This document shows positions 60,757-64,000 of a DNA stretch of 64,000 nucleotides, in pieces. Below the pieces are notes generated by a model, which had not been told where the DNA came from, ran no database searches, and saw only the letters and a program-made list of their open reading frames with translations. How positions within the stretch are numbered: position 1 is the stretch's first letter; each line of letters begins with the position of its first letter. Both the position numbers and the translations under genes were made by a program. Source of the stretch: Malacoraja senta (taxonomy: Eukaryota); the NCBI GenBank assembly GCA_038087875.1, contig CM075992.1, forward strand, positions 10,976,001 through 11,040,000, given 5' to 3'.

Positions 60757-60897
60757 GGGTTGGGAGATTGCAACCTTCACGTGGTCCGCCCTGTTTCAAC
60801 TAATGCAATCAACCTGGCATGCACAATCAAATAAGATCAAATAGAACAAGTTGTCTTGCAAATTTAGGCTGTGCACGCCATACACAAGAGGAAGAAG
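60757..60897 (+). mobile_element. 141-bp retroposon with GAA tail and 13-bp TSD
   Basis: ACTTCCTCGAATT at 60744-60756 and 60898-60910; ends aagaggaagaag. Confidence 0.8.
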
Positions 60898-61931
60898 ACT
60901 TCCTCGAATTATTGCTCTCTGCTCGGAGTACCGCTAACTGCACGCGACAGTGTATCCGCAAGGTACATGAGCTTCCCCTTGACAGCAGCTGATGTCGAAA
61001 TCATAGCTCTGTAGGTGGAGTAGCATTCCTTGATGACGCTTCGGTGCATTCTCTAGTGTCTTCTTCGTTATCATTTCAAGCGGCTTGTGATCGCTGATCA
61101 CGCTGGTGAAAACGACCAAATGTGTATTGATGGAAACGCTCCATTGCAAATATCACAGCGATCATTTCCTTCTCAATCGAGGCATATCGCGATTCGGTAT
61201 CGGTTATTGCTCTGCTCACATACCCGATGGGACGTCCCTTTTGGAGCAAAGCTGCCCCCAGTCCCTTGTTGCTCTCATCAAATTGAATTGTCAGCTCCTC
61301 CTTGGAATTGTAGTACGCTAAGATCGGTGCTTCAGATACCATCTGTCTTATCTTGGACATCGCATTGTCCTGCTCAGCAGACAACTCCCATGCTATCTAG
61401 TCTCGTCAGCTGTCTGATGGGCTCAAGGGTAGAAAACGGCTCAGGTAGTTGACAAATTCAACTAGCCTCTGCACACCTTGTACATCTGAGGGTGCTGGCA
61501 TATTGGCGACCTTTTTGGGGTCGGGTTGCAGTCCTCAGTTTTCAGAGCAAGTGAACAACGGTCAATTTTTACACCATCTTTTTAATGCTCCCTGTGTGTT
61601 ATCCTTGGGTTTCCAGGCAAGAGTGTTCTGTACTTCAGCCCTCTCCTGCAGATTCTTGCGGATTTGGTGCTGTGCTCATTTTCAGTCAAAACCTGCCCTT
61701 GCTCTTCTGGGACAGTAGATAATAATCGATTCAATCCACCTCTTTAGTATAAAAATTATACATGTTTTCAAACATTAACAAGAGTGCATTGATTTAAACA
61801 ATATGTGACCTTGCTTCTGTGTATGGGATTCAGGACAACAACCCTTTTAATAAGTGGAGACAAGATACAACATGCTGGAGAAACTCAGTGGGTCAGCCAA
61901 TATCTGTGGAGGGAATGGACAGACAATGTTT

Positions 61932-62095
61932 CACAGCCTCACAGCACCAGGGACCAGGTTTGATCCTGACCTTGGGTGCTGTCTGTCTGGAGTTTGCACA
62001 TTCTCCCTGTGGCTTTCCTCTGGGTACTCCGGTTTCCTCCCACATCCCAAAGACGTGCAGGTTTGTAGGTTAATTGGCCTCTGTAAATTGTTGGC
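61932..62095 (+). mobile_element. V-SINE 5' part
   Basis: gcctcacagcaccagggaccaggtttgatcctg head and V-domain. Confidence 0.8.
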
Positions 62096-62124
62096 CAAAT
62101 GCAAATTGGCGGAACAGCATCTCA

Positions 62125-62890
62125 TTGAGTCATAGAGTGATACAGAGTGGAAACAGGCCCTTCGGCCCAACTTGCCCACACCGACCAACATGTCCCAGCA
62201 TCACTCGTCCCACCTGCCTGCGTTTGGTCCCTATCCCTTCAAACTTGTCCTATCCATGTACCTGTCTAACTGTTTCTTAAATGTTGGGATAGTCCCAGCC
62301 TCAACTACCTCCTCTGGCAGCTTGTTTCATACACCCACCACCCTTTGAGGGAAAAAGTTACCCCACAGAATCCTATTAAATCTTTTCCCCTTCACCTTAA
62401 ACCTTTGTCCTCTGGTCCTTGTTTCCCCTACTCTGGGCAAGAGATTCTGTGCATGTACCCGATTTATTCCTCTGATGATTTTATACACCTCTATAAGATA
62501 ACCCCTCATCCTCCTGCACTCCAAGGAATTGAGACTCACCCTACTCAACCTCTCCCTCTAGCTCAGACCCTCTAGTCCTGGCAACATCCTCGTAAATCTT
62601 CTCTGAACCCTTTCAAGCTTGACAATATCTTTCCAAAAACATGGTGCCCAGAACTGAACACAGTACTCTAAATGCGATCTCATCAACGTTTTATACAACT
62701 GCAACATGACCACCCAATACTCAATACTCTGACCGATGATGGACAATGTGCCAAAAGCCTTTTTGACCACCTTGTCTTCCTGCGACTCGACCTTCAAGCA
62801 ACCATGCACCTGCACTCCTAGATCCCTCTGCTCTACAACACTCCCCAGAGGCCTACCATTCACTGCGTAGGTCCGGCCCTTGTTAGAAAT
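62125..62890 (-). mobile_element. 5'-truncated CR1
   Basis: QRDLGVQVH, HLEYCVQFWAP, QRRFTRMLPG. Confidence 0.88.
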
Positions 62891-62892
62891 CC

Positions 62893-63288
62893 CCATATTT
62901 TGCTTGGGCAGCTTAAAAGCCAGCGGTATGAGATTTGATTTCTCTAACTTCAAGTAACCCTGGTTTTCCCTGTGTCTCCATCCCTCCCCCACTCTAGCTT
63001 CACTGTTCTTCTGATTAATGTTACTGTTTGTATGCCTCGTTGTTACCTTCCCCTCAGTCATCAATGAACCAATGTACATTTCCTTGAACATTGTCTGCTT
63101 TGATCTGTCCTTTTCACACCTTACATGCTCTTTGTACCCTTCCCCTGGCTCTCAGTCTGAAGAAGGGTCTCGACCCAAAACATCACCCATTCCTTCTCTC
63201 CAGAGGTGCTGCCTGTCCCACTGAGTTACTCCAGTATTTTGTGTCTACCTTCGATTTAAACCAGCATCTGCAGTTCTTTCCTACACAT
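62893..63288 (+). mobile_element. Penelope 3' end with pLTR
   Basis: IFCLGSLKASGMRFDFSNFK* then pLTR containing CTGAAGAAGGGTCTCGACCC. Confidence 0.85.
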
Positions 63289-63420
63289 TAAATGAGTAAC
63301 TACTGTTTCCATGGATCGAATCATCCAGTAAGCTTTAAAATTTTGGGTGTAGATAACTAAACTTTGCAGATTCAGTGGCATATTGTTGCTGCCAAGACAT
63401 ATATTTGCTGCTTCTGAATA

Positions 63421-63620
63421 NNNNNNNNNNNNNNNNNNNNNNNNNNNNNNNNNNNNNNNNNNNNNNNNNNNNNNNNNNNNNNNNNNNNNNNNNNNNNNNN
63501 NNNNNNNNNNNNNNNNNNNNNNNNNNNNNNNNNNNNNNNNNNNNNNNNNNNNNNNNNNNNNNNNNNNNNNNNNNNNNNNNNNNNNNNNNNNNNNNNNNNN
63601 NNNNNNNNNNNNNNNNNNNN
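63421..63620. other. Assembly gap (200 N)
   Basis: Run of N. Confidence 1.
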
Positions 63621-64000
63621 GACACCTGTGTTGAGAGTTATTGTGGAGGATGTGTTTTTACCTCTCCCTACTGATCATGCTCTGGGTCAGAAGTCGAGGA
63701 TCAAGTGGCAGAGGAGTGTATATAAAATGTAGGATTAATGGAGGTGGGCGGTTGATTGTTGCACGGACTCAAGGGCCCGTTTCTCTGCTGTATGACTAAC
63801 TCTAACTGGTGTATGACTAACTTTAACAGCTCTCAGCAGTTTTCTTCATCACATATTTGAGGAGCTGCTGAACCTTTCTGTTAATGTTGTCAATTGGCAA
63901 AGCATTAACCATAATCATTCTCCTTTGCAGCTCTGTGGGAACAGAAATAATGTATGGACATGGATTCTTCCAATATCTGACCCTGTTCTGGTTGTTTTTG

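Larger units (their letters stand above)
58089..61535 (-). mobile_element. Degraded Gypsy remnant (RT end-RH-INT, PPT, short 3' LTR ~58089-58270)
   Basis: APILAYYN, GLGAALLQ, SDHKPLE, HSSHLG..CDVC, VSDNG; PPT GGAAAAAGGGGGA then TGTTATG; far LTR end uncertain. Confidence 0.85.

Noticed and set aside
61540..61720. Unique-looking segment with splice-like signals
   Set aside because: No recognisable peptide in the frames examined
63335..63674. ORFs spanning the second N run
   Set aside because: Gap artefacts

Overview
This is eukaryotic, repeat-dense DNA, most likely from a cartilaginous fish (skate/ray-like); that is inferred from the mix of CR1/HER1-type LINEs, V-SINE/HE1-type SINEs and Penelope pLTRs. 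No host gene could be supported. The window is a heavily nested transposon graveyard with two 200-N gaps. It contains a Gmr1-type Gypsy element (pol order PR-INT-RT-RH) with one LTR and a tRNA-Pro PBS, a second Gypsy remnant, and a near-complete DIRS element (gag, RT, RH, adenine-methyltransferase-like domain, tyrosine recombinase). It also contains seven L1/Tx1 copies, Rex1/Babar and many CR1 copies, Penelope fragments with decayed hammerhead motifs, hAT and Harbinger MITEs, and a Helitron-like end with minisatellites. The most unusual observations are: (i) an ~850-bp inverted-repeat-bounded element carrying a captured 30-codon fragment of a ZFP36/TIS11 CCCH zinc finger plus a SINE-like head; (ii) short locally templated insertions, including a 72-bp in-frame insert in the Gypsy RT; (iii) a 151-nt fold-back retroposon with an 18-bp TSD; (iv) a doubly deleted ~1.95-kb mini-L1 flanked by ~110-bp direct repeats; (v) an unclassified TAG...CTA element with a 7-bp TSD. 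Family names come from motif recognition by eye, not database searches, and boundaries without a TSD are approximate.
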